Assembly: GCA_964576435.1 (NCBI GenBank)
Contig: CAZNUP010000001.1
Span: forward strand, 162,345 to 226,344
Origin: an uncultured Gammaproteobacteria bacterium
GTDB lineage: Bacteria > Patescibacteriota > Microgenomatia > JAMCZE01
Direction: 5' to 3'
Length of the DNA: 64,000 bases
The notes below the pieces were generated by a model. The model had not been told where the DNA came from. It saw only the letters and a list, made by a program, of their open reading frames with translations, and ran no database searches. Of the stretch, positions 28,420-38,014 are shown in pieces. A program made the position numbers and the translations under genes. The first letter of the stretch is position 1; each line of letters starts with the position of its first letter.

Positions 28420-29754
28420 TTATTGGCAAATTCCAAGTTCTTTAAGTGCAGCAAGGTTACTGGTTGCGTTGTTTATAGCAGGGTCTCTTACCACACTCGT
28501 AGTTGAGTTTCCAAAAATATGGAAGAGATTGTATAAAGCGGGTTTGAGCGCTAAAGCCTTGTTTGAAATCATTCTTACATCTAAGGCTTCTTGCATTTGA
28601 GTTCCCAAATTTACCTCGTTTAAGTTGCAACTTGGAAAGTTAGCTCTAATGACGTTCACGGCATGAGTTTTTAGTTGCCAAAAACGTCCATCAATTTTTA
28701 GATTATTCTCCACAACGTTTCCAGTAATTATCTGGCCGTTAACTGGAAGCCTGTTTGAGTTATTTGCTAATGCTTGGAATTCAGGTGTTGAAACTGGTGT
28801 TGTCGGTTTTAAGATAGAGGGTTCTCTCAGACTACTAAACACTGGCTCTGTGTATTCCATAAGAAGACCAGTAGCACCTAACCCCATTATAAAAGCTCCT
28901 CCGTCTGAAATAATATGGGTTCTTATCTTATTTTCCCTAAGGCGATCTATATTGTTTACCAAGGTTATCGTCGCAAGTCCGGCGACAACTGCAAATGTGT
29001 CAAGGGTTTGACTGTATTCATGTCCCCCAAATTGTGTCAAAAAGAATCTAGTAATTGCCCCTAATCCAAACGCAATTCCAGTTTCTAACCATCCAACCTT
29101 CTCGTGTGTAGGTGACACAGGGGGAACGGGTGCAACTGGCGGAACTGGTGGAACTCCAGGATTAGGTGGGGTATTAATATAGATTACACGTGGGGGTCGG
29201 GCACCTCGAGGTGGATAGGTGCGGGCCGGCGTATTTGGAGATTGAGGCCTTGGGGAAACTGGCAATAGCCCTCCACTTTGGTTTCCTGGATTATTAACAA
29301 CCATTTGGTGGTTGGATGACTGGTTCTGAGGTTTGCTATCAGGGGTTTCCTTTACTGTCAGGCCATGCTGGTTTATTGGTAACATTTGTCTTGTTTGATG
29401 GTCATCATGAGAAGAACCCCTATTATTATCCGGGTTATCAATAAGTACGAAGTCAGTATCAGAATTATCAACCGCGTTTAGGCGTTCATTTTCTGCTTTT
29501 TTAAATTTTCTAATTTCCCCCTCAATGTAAACCTTGCAAGCTACCGCATACCCAGATCCTGCACCATCTTTTTCAACAGCAGCGAATTTTTCTTCTACAA
29601 GCAGTTTGGCCGCTTCCCGCAGATCTCCATTACCTGAATTCGCAATTTTTTCTCTAAATTCAGATAAGACATTTGCTCTTTCGGATTTTCTTAAAGTCCA
29701 TCCGCGATTATTCAGGCTCACACGACTATCTGGAAAATGACCCTCTTTTGTCAT
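28420..29754 (-). CDS. Hypothetical membrane protein with Pro-rich linker
   Basis: 444-aa ORF, PPVPPVAPVPPV, hydrophobic segments. Confidence 0.7.
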   Translation of the reverse strand: MTKEGHFPDSRVSLNNRGWTLRKSERANVLSEFREKIANSGNGDLREAAKLLVEEKFAAVEKDGAGSGYAVACKVYIEGEIRKFKKAENERLNAVDNSDTDFVLIDNPDNNRGSSHDDHQTRQMLPINQHGLTVKETPDSKPQNQSSNHQMVVNNPGNQSGGLLPVSPRPQSPNTPARTYPPRGARPPRVIYINTPPNPGVPPVPPVAPVPPVSPTHEKVGWLETGIAFGLGAITRFFLTQFGGHEYSQTLDTFAVVAGLATITLVNNIDRLRENKIRTHIISDGGAFIMGLGATGLLMEYTEPVFSSLREPSILKPTTPVSTPEFQALANNSNRLPVNGQIITGNVVENNLKIDGRFWQLKTHAVNVIRANFPSCNLNEVNLGTQMQEALDVRMISNKALALKPALYNLFHIFGNSTTSVVRDPAINNATSNLAALKELGICQ

Positions 29755-29793
29755 AGTGAAAGAATCATATCACACTATAAGATATAATTCAAA

Positions 29794-31404
29794 TTAAAAG
29801 AACACTATTGTTGTTGTCTTTTTTGAGCGCCCTAAGGGGTCGTTTGCGTAAACTTGACCAATCGCCGACAAGACCGCTTTTGAGTTAGGATTCTTTGCAT
29901 AACTAGATTCCAAGCTTTTAGCCCCCAGTTCCATTTGTCCAAATGTAAACAAAGCATTAGCTAAAGTCAAATGTTGGAAGTAGTCTTTTCCGTAAACCAA
30001 TTTCATCTCCCTCTTTTCCGTACTAAAAACTACTGCATAAGGGTCTAAATAAACTAAATGCCATTTTGGATTTTTAACAATCTCACTTAAAAATTGCCCT
30101 GCCCACGGAGTTCCGTCTGTGTGAGCAAAAATGATTGTGTTGAATTTATAAACTTCACTAACTTTTTCAAAGTTATCCCCATTTGCCTGCATGGGAATAT
30201 AAACGTTTTGGAAGAACCTAGTTGGATATGCCTCTGGCCTTCCGTCAACAAATACTTTTGTTTTAGGATACAACCTGTAATCCAAGTAGCTTCCGATATC
30301 AAAATTATTAAAAATTGGCCCTTTAAGTTTGTTACTAATGACAAAATCCACTGCGCCTTTCCCACTTTCAGAAACAGTGTTTCCAAATCTTTTTGGTGAG
30401 TCTGTGCTTAAGTAGTAATCATTTGTCATAAGTCGAAACACTCTTAGGAAACTTATTGCAACAACAAAGATTACTATATAGGTTTGGTATGGAATTCTGA
30501 ACCTAATATTTGCAAGGTTGAAGGCAAAAATTGGCAGCAAAATTAGAAAAAGTAAAGGAAAACTCCTGATATGTAAAATTGGTAAAACCAGAAAACCAGT
30601 AAGCATCAAGTTGATTAGGGTTATTTTCTTTGACAAAACAAACGAAGCTATAAAAAAAACTACTCCTATCCAAAAATATAAGATATTGGGATTATTTGTG
30701 ACCTGTGCCAAAAAGAAGATATTTTGGTTTTCAACAATTGTATAGCCGTAATTTCCAAATACCTGCAAAGGATTAAGAGCTCCTGCTATTCCATTTGGAT
30801 TTAAAAGACAAACAAAAGTACTAATTATTCCTAAAACTGCAAGAAATTTATCTCGCCTAGAGATTGCAAACACAAATATCAGTGCGGGACCGAGGATAAA
30901 ATAAATATGTGCATTAACCCAAAAAATTTGAATAACAGGAAGCGCCCACAACCAGTTTTTTTTACCAAATAAAAGTAGGTATAAAAAAATTGCAACAAAA
31001 AGATAGCTAAAAATTTCGGGCCTAATCTCTGTTCTTTCTAAAAGAACCGGGACAAATATTAAAAAACTGACTGCTGTAGCAGCTAAATTTTTTGAATATC
31101 TAAAAGCAGTCCAGACTGTAAGTGTTCCCGCTGTAACTAAGATTAAAGTCTTAAAGTAAAGAAGCGTGGGACTTCCAATAAGATAAAACACCACTTCCGA
31201 AAGCCAATGAGAGTTGATAAATGGGAAGTTTGGATGCGTATAGCTGAGAAGATTAGTTTGTGGAACAAATTTCCCATCTAGTATTATTTGCCCCATTAAA
31301 AGATGCCTCCCTAAATCTTGATCAAACTCAATTATGTTATGGAAAAACATCGCAAAAAGAAGAAGAACAACACTAACAAAGAAGAAAATAGTTAATTTTT
31401 GCAT
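29794..31404 (-). CDS. Polytopic membrane protein, GT-C glycosyltransferase-like
   Basis: DLGRHLLMG, RPEIFS, WVNAH, VFVDGR. Confidence 0.75.
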   Translation of the reverse strand: MQKLTIFFFVSVVLLLFAMFFHNIIEFDQDLGRHLLMGQIILDGKFVPQTNLLSYTHPNFPFINSHWLSEVVFYLIGSPTLLYFKTLILVTAGTLTVWTAFRYSKNLAATAVSFLIFVPVLLERTEIRPEIFSYLFVAIFLYLLLFGKKNWLWALPVIQIFWVNAHIYFILGPALIFVFAISRRDKFLAVLGIISTFVCLLNPNGIAGALNPLQVFGNYGYTIVENQNIFFLAQVTNNPNILYFWIGVVFFIASFVLSKKITLINLMLTGFLVLPILHIRSFPLLFLILLPIFAFNLANIRFRIPYQTYIVIFVVAISFLRVFRLMTNDYYLSTDSPKRFGNTVSESGKGAVDFVISNKLKGPIFNNFDIGSYLDYRLYPKTKVFVDGRPEAYPTRFFQNVYIPMQANGDNFEKVSEVYKFNTIIFAHTDGTPWAGQFLSEIVKNPKWHLVYLDPYAVVFSTEKREMKLVYGKDYFQHLTLANALFTFGQMELGAKSLESSYAKNPNSKAVLSAIGQVYANDPLGRSKKTTTIVFF

Positions 31405-31587
31405 CTATCTTGCAACCGACGCCCCAAGAACCGAAGTTGAAATTAAAGGCCCCAAAAAGCCCTGCTGCCAAGAAACGAACATTAAAAGAGTTATCACAAC
31501 AAAAAGTAAAAGAAGCATTTCAGTTTCATCAAACTTCAAATCTAAGATCGGAGCATGTAGTTTCTTTGATAAAGTTTTTTTCTTCAC
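31405..31587 (-). CDS. Small membrane protein
   Basis: GTG start 6 nt after TATACT; abuts the next gene. Confidence 0.55.
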   Translation of the reverse strand: MKKKTLSKKLHAPILDLKFDETEMLLLLFVVITLLMFVSWQQGFLGPLISTSVLGASVAR

Positions 31588-31632
31588 ACACCCAGTATAT
31601 GAAGATTGAGACTAAAAAGTAAAGTCCTAATT

Positions 31633-31717
31633 TGGCGGAGGATACAGGAGTCGAACCTGTTAGTCCTTGCGAACATTGGTTTTCAAGACCAACGCCTTAC
31701 CGTTCGGCCAATCCTCC
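31633..31717 (-). tRNA. tRNA-Ser(TGA)
   Basis: TTGGT-CT-TGA-AA-ACCAA; encoded CCA. Confidence 0.95.
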
Positions 31718-31792
31718 AAAAACATGCCTATTATATCCTAAATTTTTAGTTTATTTGTTCGTCGGGCTGTTTACCTTCTCCACTTAGAAGAT

Positions 31793-32137
31793 TTAATCTG
31801 ATTCGGGAGGTTCAACTAATGTAAGACCCACCAAGGCTCCCAATATAATTATGTCTTCTGGTGAAAAGGTACTCCTTCTAGCAAATTCCACTTCAAGTGC
31901 CCAAGGTCTTACTATCGTCGTATCAACAACTACAGTAACTCCAGATTCGTCACTAGCGCTATATGCAACTCTACTTTCTTTTGAATACCACCCATTATTT
32001 CTTGCACTCAAGCGTTGCTTCGAGCCTGGGTTAACTACAACCCCTTCTGTTCTTTTTTGGAAAAAATTTATAAGTCTCTCGAACATAATAGTTAATTCTC
32101 TGATGTCGAATATAACAAATTTGGAGTCACTTATCAA
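31793..32137 (-). CDS. Hypothetical protein between tRNA-Ser genes (start uncertain)
   Basis: ORF only. Confidence 0.4.
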   Translation of the reverse strand: MISDSKFVIFDIRELTIMFERLINFFQKRTEGVVVNPGSKQRLSARNNGWYSKESRVAYSASDESGVTVVVDTTIVRPWALEVEFARRSTFSPEDIIILGALVGLTLVEPPESD

Positions 32138-32252
32138 CTATAGGACAGATAATAAGAATTCAATTGAAAACTTATGGTCTAACTTAGCTATCTTGAAAGT
32201 ATGGTGGGGACTTTCTGTAGCGCTTTATTATTATATAGTTCCGAAATTACGG

Positions 32253-32337
32253 CGGAGGAGGCGAGATTCGAACTCGCGACATCTTGCGACGTGGCGGTTT
32301 AGTAAACCGCTGCACTAGACCACTATGCGACTCCTCC
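32253..32337 (-). tRNA. tRNA-Ser with ACT anticodon
   Basis: GGAGGAGTCGCATAGTGGTCTAGTGCA-GCGGT-TT-ACT-AA-ACCGC-CACGTCGCAAGATGTC-GCGAGTTCGAATCTCGC-CTCCTCCG; long variable arm, G73. Confidence 0.9.
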
Positions 32338-32352
32338 AGTTTTTTTGGCGAG

Positions 32353-32439
32353 CGGAGGAGACAGGATTCGAACCTGCGCGAGCCTTGCGGCCCAGAGATT
32401 TAGCAAACCTCCGCAATGGACCAGCTATGCGACTCCTCC
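32353..32439 (-). tRNA. tRNA-Ser(GCT)
   Basis: GAGGT-TT-GCT-AA-ATCTC, long variable arm. Confidence 0.95.
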
Positions 32440-32523
32440 GTATGCTCCAATTATACATTCAAACCCTGAGGTCTGGTAGCTGAAGTCGACTTCACTTGAA
32501 CTCTCAAATTATTTAACTAAGAT

Positions 32524-33228
32524 ATGCCTATGAAAACAGAACATGAGATCCATCCAATCCAAGGCGCGATTGTCCAAAAACTTTTGTTTAGTCAGAAAGC
32601 CCGTTTTAGTGAACTAAATACAACAAAAGTTAGTACCGATCAGTTTAATTTTCATTTAAAAGCGCTTTTAGATTCTGGTGTCATTAAAAAGATTGATGGC
32701 CATTATGAGTTAACTTCCTATGGTAAAGAGTTTGCCAATCGTTTTGATACAGAAAAGTCACAAATCGAAAAACAAGCAAAGATTTCTGTTGTTTTAAACT
32801 GTGTCAGAAAAGTTAACGGTGTGACAAAGTATCTTCTTCAACAGAGACTAAAACAGCCTTATTATGGATATCATGGTGCGGTTGGCGGCAAAGTAAGATG
32901 GGGTGAAACAGTTGAGGAGGCAGCCATAAGAGAATTTAAGGAAGAAACTGGACTTGATGCCAAGGTTTATCTGCAGATGATTAAACACAAGATGGACTAT
33001 TCAAAAACCGGCGAACTCCTTGAGGATAAATATTTTTTCGTTTTCAAAGCTACTGTAGTAGGAGGGAAATTTATCTCAAAATTTGATGGCGGTAAAAATA
33101 TATGGCTCACAATTGATGAAATAAAAAAACTCAATCCCATTTTTGATGACTTGGATAGATCAATGAAGATCACCAGACGCAAAAAACTTGCTTTTGTGCA
33201 GAATAAATACACTGTCTCGGGCTTTTGA
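32524..33228 (+). CDS. wHTH-NUDIX fusion protein
   Basis: FNFHLKALL HTH; GGKVRWGETVEEAAIREFKEETGL Nudix box. Confidence 0.88.
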   Translation: MPMKTEHEIHPIQGAIVQKLLFSQKARFSELNTTKVSTDQFNFHLKALLDSGVIKKIDGHYELTSYGKEFANRFDTEKSQIEKQAKISVVLNCVRKVNGVTKYLLQQRLKQPYYGYHGAVGGKVRWGETVEEAAIREFKEETGLDAKVYLQMIKHKMDYSKTGELLEDKYFFVFKATVVGGKFISKFDGGKNIWLTIDEIKKLNPIFDDLDRSMKITRRKKLAFVQNKYTVSGF

Positions 33229-33911
33229 TCTACAATGTAATTGTGTGGGATTCTCTTCTTGATATAGTCTTTCCGAGGTCCTGCTTTGGCTGTGGAAAGT
33301 GGGGAAGTTATATTTGTAAAAGTTGTGCTACAAATAAAATTTCCTATTTTAACTTTCAAGTTTGTCCGGTTTGTGAGCGCGCAAGTCAGAGCGGCTTAAC
33401 TCATTCAACTTGTAAGTCTGATTTAGATGGTCTCTTTGTCTTAGCAAACTATAAGGATTTAATCATAAAAGTTGTTAGGGAAATAAAATACCAAGGTGTA
33501 TTCGCTGCTTCATCTGAGGTCGGAAGTTTAATTAGACAACACTATCACAAAGAATTTGAATTTGACTATTTTGTTCCCGTCCCACTTTCCAAAAAGCGCG
33601 AACGTTTAAGAGGCTTTAATCAAGCCGAAAAGCTTGCCAAAGCTTTGAAGCTAAAACCTGTAAAAAATTTATTAGTACGAACTAAGGAAACAAAACCCCA
33701 ATTCGACTTAAAGTTCGAACAAAGAAAAGATAACGTAAAAGGTGTTTTTGCAATTAACCCCAACTTATTAACTCGCAATCTGCAAAACTTATCTCTCTGT
33801 CTTGTTGATGATGTAGCAACCACCGGCTCAACACTTTTTGAATGCGCCAAAACTTTGAAAATGGCAGGCGCCAAAAGAGTTTACGGAGTAACAATAGCAA
33901 GGGGTGGTTAG
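33225..33911 (+). CDS. comF: ComF-family phosphoribosyltransferase-like competence protein (start approximate)
   Basis: Double zinc ribbon, RGFNQA, LVDDVATTGST. Confidence 0.9.
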   Translation: MIYNVIVWDSLLDIVFPRSCFGCGKWGSYICKSCATNKISYFNFQVCPVCERASQSGLTHSTCKSDLDGLFVLANYKDLIIKVVREIKYQGVFAASSEVGSLIRQHYHKEFEFDYFVPVPLSKKRERLRGFNQAEKLAKALKLKPVKNLLVRTKETKPQFDLKFEQRKDNVKGVFAINPNLLTRNLQNLSLCLVDDVATTGSTLFECAKTLKMAGAKRVYGVTIARGG

Positions 33912-33925
33912 GTTATAATTAACCT

Positions 33926-34363
33926 GTGAGAATTGAAAATCGTCAAGCTCGATATGACTATGAGATTCTTGAAAAATTCGAAGCCGGCATAAATCTTTTA
34001 GGTCCGGAGGTTAAATCTATCAGGGAAAACGAAATTTCCTTAAATGAATCCTTTGTCCACATGCGGGACGGTCAAGCATATCTTGTTAATGCTCACATCC
34101 ACCCTTACCAAAATTCGGCTCTTTCAATTAGTCCAACAAGAACAAGAAAACTTCTCCTACACAAAAAAGAATTAACTCATTTAAATTCAAAAATCGCCGC
34201 CACTGGTTTGACCCTAATTCCACTAGTGCTGTATAATAAAGGTAACATTTTTAAGCTCGAAGTCGCTTTGGCGAAGGGCAAGAAAAAATGGGATAAGCGC
34301 GAAGCGATCAAAAAACAAACCATGAATAGGGAAGTAGAAATCGCTTTACGAGATAAATCTTAA
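33926..34363 (+). CDS. smpB: SsrA-binding protein
   Basis: NRQARYDY, EVKSIR, RTRKLLLHK, DKRE. Confidence 0.96.
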   Translation: MRIENRQARYDYEILEKFEAGINLLGPEVKSIRENEISLNESFVHMRDGQAYLVNAHIHPYQNSALSISPTRTRKLLLHKKELTHLNSKIAATGLTLIPLVLYNKGNIFKLEVALAKGKKKWDKREAIKKQTMNREVEIALRDKS

Positions 34364-34368
34364 TTCCT

Positions 34369-34789
34369 GGGGATGTACGAATCGCTGGGAGAGCACTTTG
34401 AAAACTGCAAGCCGAAGATGATAGCTAGAATTCGTTAAAAACGCTATCAAAAACTTAAGTGCTGGAACACAATCCACACTGACTGCGTATCTGGAGAAAC
34501 TCCAGAAGAAAGCCGAATTGGCTTTCAACGCTAACTTCAAGGCGCAAGCCCAAGTTTTAGCTTACGCGTAAAGTCTGTTTCATAAATCCTCTCTCAGTGG
34601 GATTTTTGAGGCATTATTCAGCTGAGATGCTAACTTAAGGGTTTGGTTTTCCTTTGAGAATATAGACCAGTAACCACGCTATATTTGTCTTGTTAATTCG
34701 ATCGGGTATAGCAAGAATTAGAATTAACTACGCTTGTAGATGTTTAAGGGTCGTTCTAACCATACGGGGCTTCACCGCCCCCATCTCCA
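34369..34789 (+). ncRNA. ssrA: tmRNA; tag frame 34461-34571
   Basis: Directly after smpB; acceptor stem GGGGATG/CATCTCC-A with G3.U70; tag ends VLAYA-stop. Confidence 0.93.
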
Positions 34790-36305
34790 CATGAGGGATT
34801 TTTCTTGGAGAAAGATCGCGCATTAGCTCGATCGGACGGGACAAAGTCGCTGTTCCAAAACCATTTTCTTTGTCGAACGTCAACTTGTCTTCGAAATACA
34901 TCAAAACAATAGCTCTCTTATTTTGCCAATTAGGGTTTTTCCACATATCAACAGGGTTTTCCAATGTTTGGAAAACCAAACTCGAGGCAGTTCCAAATTC
35001 TTTGTCAGAGTAGTGGCGATCTAGTCCTTGTTGCTCTTCAAGCTCTTTCTTTTGGGAAAGTTTACCCTTTAGCTCGTTCTCATAAACTCCAATAAGCTCT
35101 TCGTCTTTTGACTTGATTATTCGAGCCTTCAAAGAAGTGATTTCCGATTCAATGTCATAAATCAATGACTGATCAAGATCCCTTTTTGCCTCAAAGGAGG
35201 TTCTGTGTTGCGCCCAGACGTCTCCTAATACTGCCAACACTAGATCAGTTACTCCTTTGGCTGGCTTGGCACCTTCCATTAAGTCGAGAAGTTGATCATG
35301 CATTTTGTCTCTATGGAGAGTTTTCCAACGCATTGGGCAGCCCAGCTTCTTACAATCATATTTAGGATACTTCTGCTTGCCGTTTCTCCCAGTGCTCCAG
35401 CTCCCTGTTACAGGCCCATTGCAGAGGGAACAGCGCACAAGCCCTCTCAAGGGAAAATCATTACTGTAATCTTTGCGAACCTTAATGATCGGCTTTTTAG
35501 CAAATTTGTTAAGAACTATTGGGTAAAGACTTGGATCAACCAGGCCGTCGTGTTGGCCTTTCCCTAAAGGAATTCCCCAGGGATCATATTCAATCATGCC
35601 AAAATAAAGCGGGTTTTTAAGAATGCCCTGTATTCCATGATGAGAGATATTACTTTTGGCCCCTAGTTTGTAAAGCTCACAGTCAACAAACAGTTTAACC
35701 TCGTCCTGTGTCCGCAGCTCGCCGCTTGCAAATTTTTCAATTGCAGCCTTCCTGACTATAGCGTTGGGGCTTCCGTCTGGTTTCAGGATTTTGCCACGAA
35801 TGGGATCTTTGAAGTTCTTGAGTCCAGGAGGCATGCAGAATGGCCAAAAACCGCTCTCCAGTCGAGCTTTCATCTTTTGAATAACCTGCCTTCTATTCTT
35901 TTGTCTTTCATATTGAGAGGTTGCCGCGGCCACATTTTCGATTAATTCTCCTTCTGGACTATCCTCAAAATTAAAATTCGGACTTTCCAGCTTGGCTCCT
36001 CGCCCCACCAGCTCACTCTTTAACTGAAGATGAACTTTGACATCTCGAGCCAACCTACTCAGATCGTCAAAAATAATCACATAGTTTTCTATCTTATGGA
36101 CTTCAAGATGGGTAATTAACTTCTTCATTCCTGGCCGCTCAAAAAGCCCCCCAGAAACACCATCGTCAGGGAAAACTACCTCGACTTTGTATCCTTTTTC
36201 CCTGGCGTAGTTACGACATCTCCTTTCCTGAGATTCAAGTCCGTGGCCTTCATTGACCTGGCGATCTGAACTTACCCGACAATAAATTAAGCACTTAGTT
36301 TGCAT
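34728..36305 (-). CDS. Large serine recombinase (integrated form; last 19 aa encoded antisense in tmRNA)
   Basis: YCRVSS, DLSRLAR, CSLC...C zinc ribbon. Confidence 0.95.
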   Translation of the reverse strand: MQTKCLIYCRVSSDRQVNEGHGLESQERRCRNYAREKGYKVEVVFPDDGVSGGLFERPGMKKLITHLEVHKIENYVIIFDDLSRLARDVKVHLQLKSELVGRGAKLESPNFNFEDSPEGELIENVAAATSQYERQKNRRQVIQKMKARLESGFWPFCMPPGLKNFKDPIRGKILKPDGSPNAIVRKAAIEKFASGELRTQDEVKLFVDCELYKLGAKSNISHHGIQGILKNPLYFGMIEYDPWGIPLGKGQHDGLVDPSLYPIVLNKFAKKPIIKVRKDYSNDFPLRGLVRCSLCNGPVTGSWSTGRNGKQKYPKYDCKKLGCPMRWKTLHRDKMHDQLLDLMEGAKPAKGVTDLVLAVLGDVWAQHRTSFEAKRDLDQSLIYDIESEITSLKARIIKSKDEELIGVYENELKGKLSQKKELEEQQGLDRHYSDKEFGTASSLVFQTLENPVDMWKNPNWQNKRAIVLMYFEDKLTFDKENGFGTATLSRPIELMRDLSPRKIPHVEMGAVKPRMVRTTLKHLQA

Positions 36306-36498
36306 TGTTGTCTCCTTTTGATGTTTGCCAGAAGGTTTCTATAACCTCGTTAGATAGAAGGTATAAAAAGTCGAGTATAGACTGGATATCGCTGTCTTTC
36401 ATGTTTTTGGATTTTTCCCCAAGCATCTGCCTCGCTTGGTCAACAGTCACTTTTCGATCCTGACTGCCGTTTTGCCCTGTCCATTTTCCGCTCGGCAT
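36295..36498 (-). CDS. Small protein coupled to the recombinase gene
   Basis: AGGAGG RBS; overlaps the LSR start. Confidence 0.75.
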   Translation of the reverse strand: MPSGKWTGQNGSQDRKVTVDQARQMLGEKSKNMKDSDIQSILDFLYLLSNEVIETFWQTSKGDNNAN

Positions 36499-36607
36499 AA
36501 ATCCTCCTGCCTCTCAAAACCCACGGGTTGGATAATGCCGTGTTTAAGATACAGAGGATGTGCCTATGGATAGGCCAAGTCCACCTCGTCTAAGAATGTT
36601 TATTTAA

Positions 36608-36928
36608 CTAATAGAATTCGCTATTTTCTCTCAATATTTCTTCAACCAATGATTTCATGTCCTCCTTTGGCGCTATTTCCGTGTTTAGCCGCCAGTGAAG
36701 GCCTTCTTCACCTCTTCCAGATGGAATTAACAACTGTTTGCCGTCAATCTTGGTTCGGGAAAGACTTGAAATTCTGGCTCCCAGCTGTTTGTCTTTCTGA
36801 TCCAGAGCGCCTGAGATCGTGGTTGTGGTCATTATGTTGGAGTCCAACTCAAGGATGGAAGCTAAGGCCTGAAGTTTCTCCAAGGTGAACTTTCTAAGAG
36901 TGTTTTCGAGAGAGTTATTTTGGTTCAT
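36608..36928 (-). CDS. Hypothetical protein, possibly winged-helix DNA binding
   Basis: 106-aa ORF with its own promoter. Confidence 0.7.
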   Translation of the reverse strand: MNQNNSLENTLRKFTLEKLQALASILELDSNIMTTTTISGALDQKDKQLGARISSLSRTKIDGKQLLIPSGRGEEGLHWRLNTEIAPKEDMKSLVEEILRENSEFY

Positions 36929-36934
36929 GTAGCC

Positions 36935-36966
36935 AATTTACCAAAGCATACATTGCTTGTCAAGCA
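36935..36966 (-). promoter_or_regulatory. Sigma70 promoter with operator-like palindrome
   Basis: TTGACA-17 nt-TAAATT, 6 nt before the ATG; -35 lies within TGCTTGACAAGCA. Confidence 0.7.
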
Positions 36967-37002
36967 TATGGTGAATATCGAGCATAATGACCAAATTCTT
37001 CT

Positions 37003-37221
37003 CTAAGAGGAGATGTCCAAAAGCTCGGATAACTTAATGCCTAAAGCAGTGGCTATCTGATATGCCGTTTTGATTGAAATGTTCCTCCCTTGTTCAATAT
37101 CCCAAAAGTAGGCACGGTGAAGTCCTGCCTTCTCTGCCAATTGTTCTTGAGTTAAGCCCTTCCTCTTCCTAAGAGTCTCTATCCTGTAGCCAAGCTTTGC
37201 ATAAAGATTTTTATAGTTCAT
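37003..37221 (-). CDS. XRE-family HTH regulator
   Basis: LRKRKGLTQEQLAEKAGLHRAY. Confidence 0.9.
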   Translation of the reverse strand: MNYKNLYAKLGYRIETLRKRKGLTQEQLAEKAGLHRAYFWDIEQGRNISIKTAYQIATALGIKLSELLDISS

Positions 37222-37352
37222 GGCAAGCCTAGACTAGCGGATTGCCAGACTTTTCTTTACCAGACATATCTTGCTTTTTTGCGCCTATTAGGGCTTATTA
37301 TTGGGACGAGAGTTAGAAATAAGAATATAGCCACAAGGAGGTGAATCATTAA

Positions 37353-37931
37353 ATGAAGAAAATATTAAAGTGGGTTGGGATTGTGTTCTTGATATTTATC
37401 GCTCTCGGAGTACTTGGTGCCATCTTTGGAGCTGGCAAGAAAGGCAATCAACAAGTAGCACCAACCAGCCAGACCTCAACTCAAACAGGTCAAGAGACTG
37501 CCCCAACTCAGAGTCCAGAACAAAAAATGGCAGGGCTTAACCAAACTGTTAAGGAAGGTGATCTAGGATTTACAGTCTTAGCAGTTAATAAGCAAAAGAC
37601 ACTCGGAGGTGCCTACACCCAGAAGACAGCTCAGGGGACATATTATGTTGTTACCTTAAAGCTCGACAACACTGGCAAGAAAACTGCCACCTTTGACAGT
37701 TCGATGGCCAAGATCACAGACGATCAAGGCAGAGAATTTGACCGCTCAATTGACGGCCAAACAGCTCTTGGCATGTCAAACGGCAAAGTGGATCTGTTCT
37801 TACAGCAAATCCAACCTGGTCTTTCCTACACTGGAGATTTAGTTTTTGATCTACCTGATCAAGTCAAAAATCCAGTTCTTGTTGTCAAAGATTCACTCTT
37901 TGGCCAGGGGGCGAAGATTAGTTTGGAATAA
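37353..37931 (+). CDS. DUF4352-like membrane-anchored protein
   Basis: AAGGAGGTG RBS; YYVVTLKLDNTG, QIQPG, LVFDLP. Confidence 0.8.
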   Translation: MKKILKWVGIVFLIFIALGVLGAIFGAGKKGNQQVAPTSQTSTQTGQETAPTQSPEQKMAGLNQTVKEGDLGFTVLAVNKQKTLGGAYTQKTAQGTYYVVTLKLDNTGKKTATFDSSMAKITDDQGREFDRSIDGQTALGMSNGKVDLFLQQIQPGLSYTGDLVFDLPDQVKNPVLVVKDSLFGQGAKISLE

Positions 37932-38014
37932 CAAAAAGAAAGCATCAACAGAAGGCTCTAACCATGAGCCTTTTGTTATGGCATAACTTGGATAAGGCGA
38001 TATAATAGGCCAAA

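Noticed and set aside
11303-32278. 28-nt identities between tRNA-Ser 3' ends (GGA/ACT and CGA/TGA) as att duplications
   Set aside because: All copies belong to complete tRNAs, in inverted orientation, with no integrase nearby; isoacceptor similarity explains them.
31851-32318. 155-aa plus-strand ORF
   Set aside because: Runs antisense through tRNA-Ser(ACT) and has no protein-like motif.
34346-34540. 64-aa minus-strand ORF
   Set aside because: Antisense to tmRNA.
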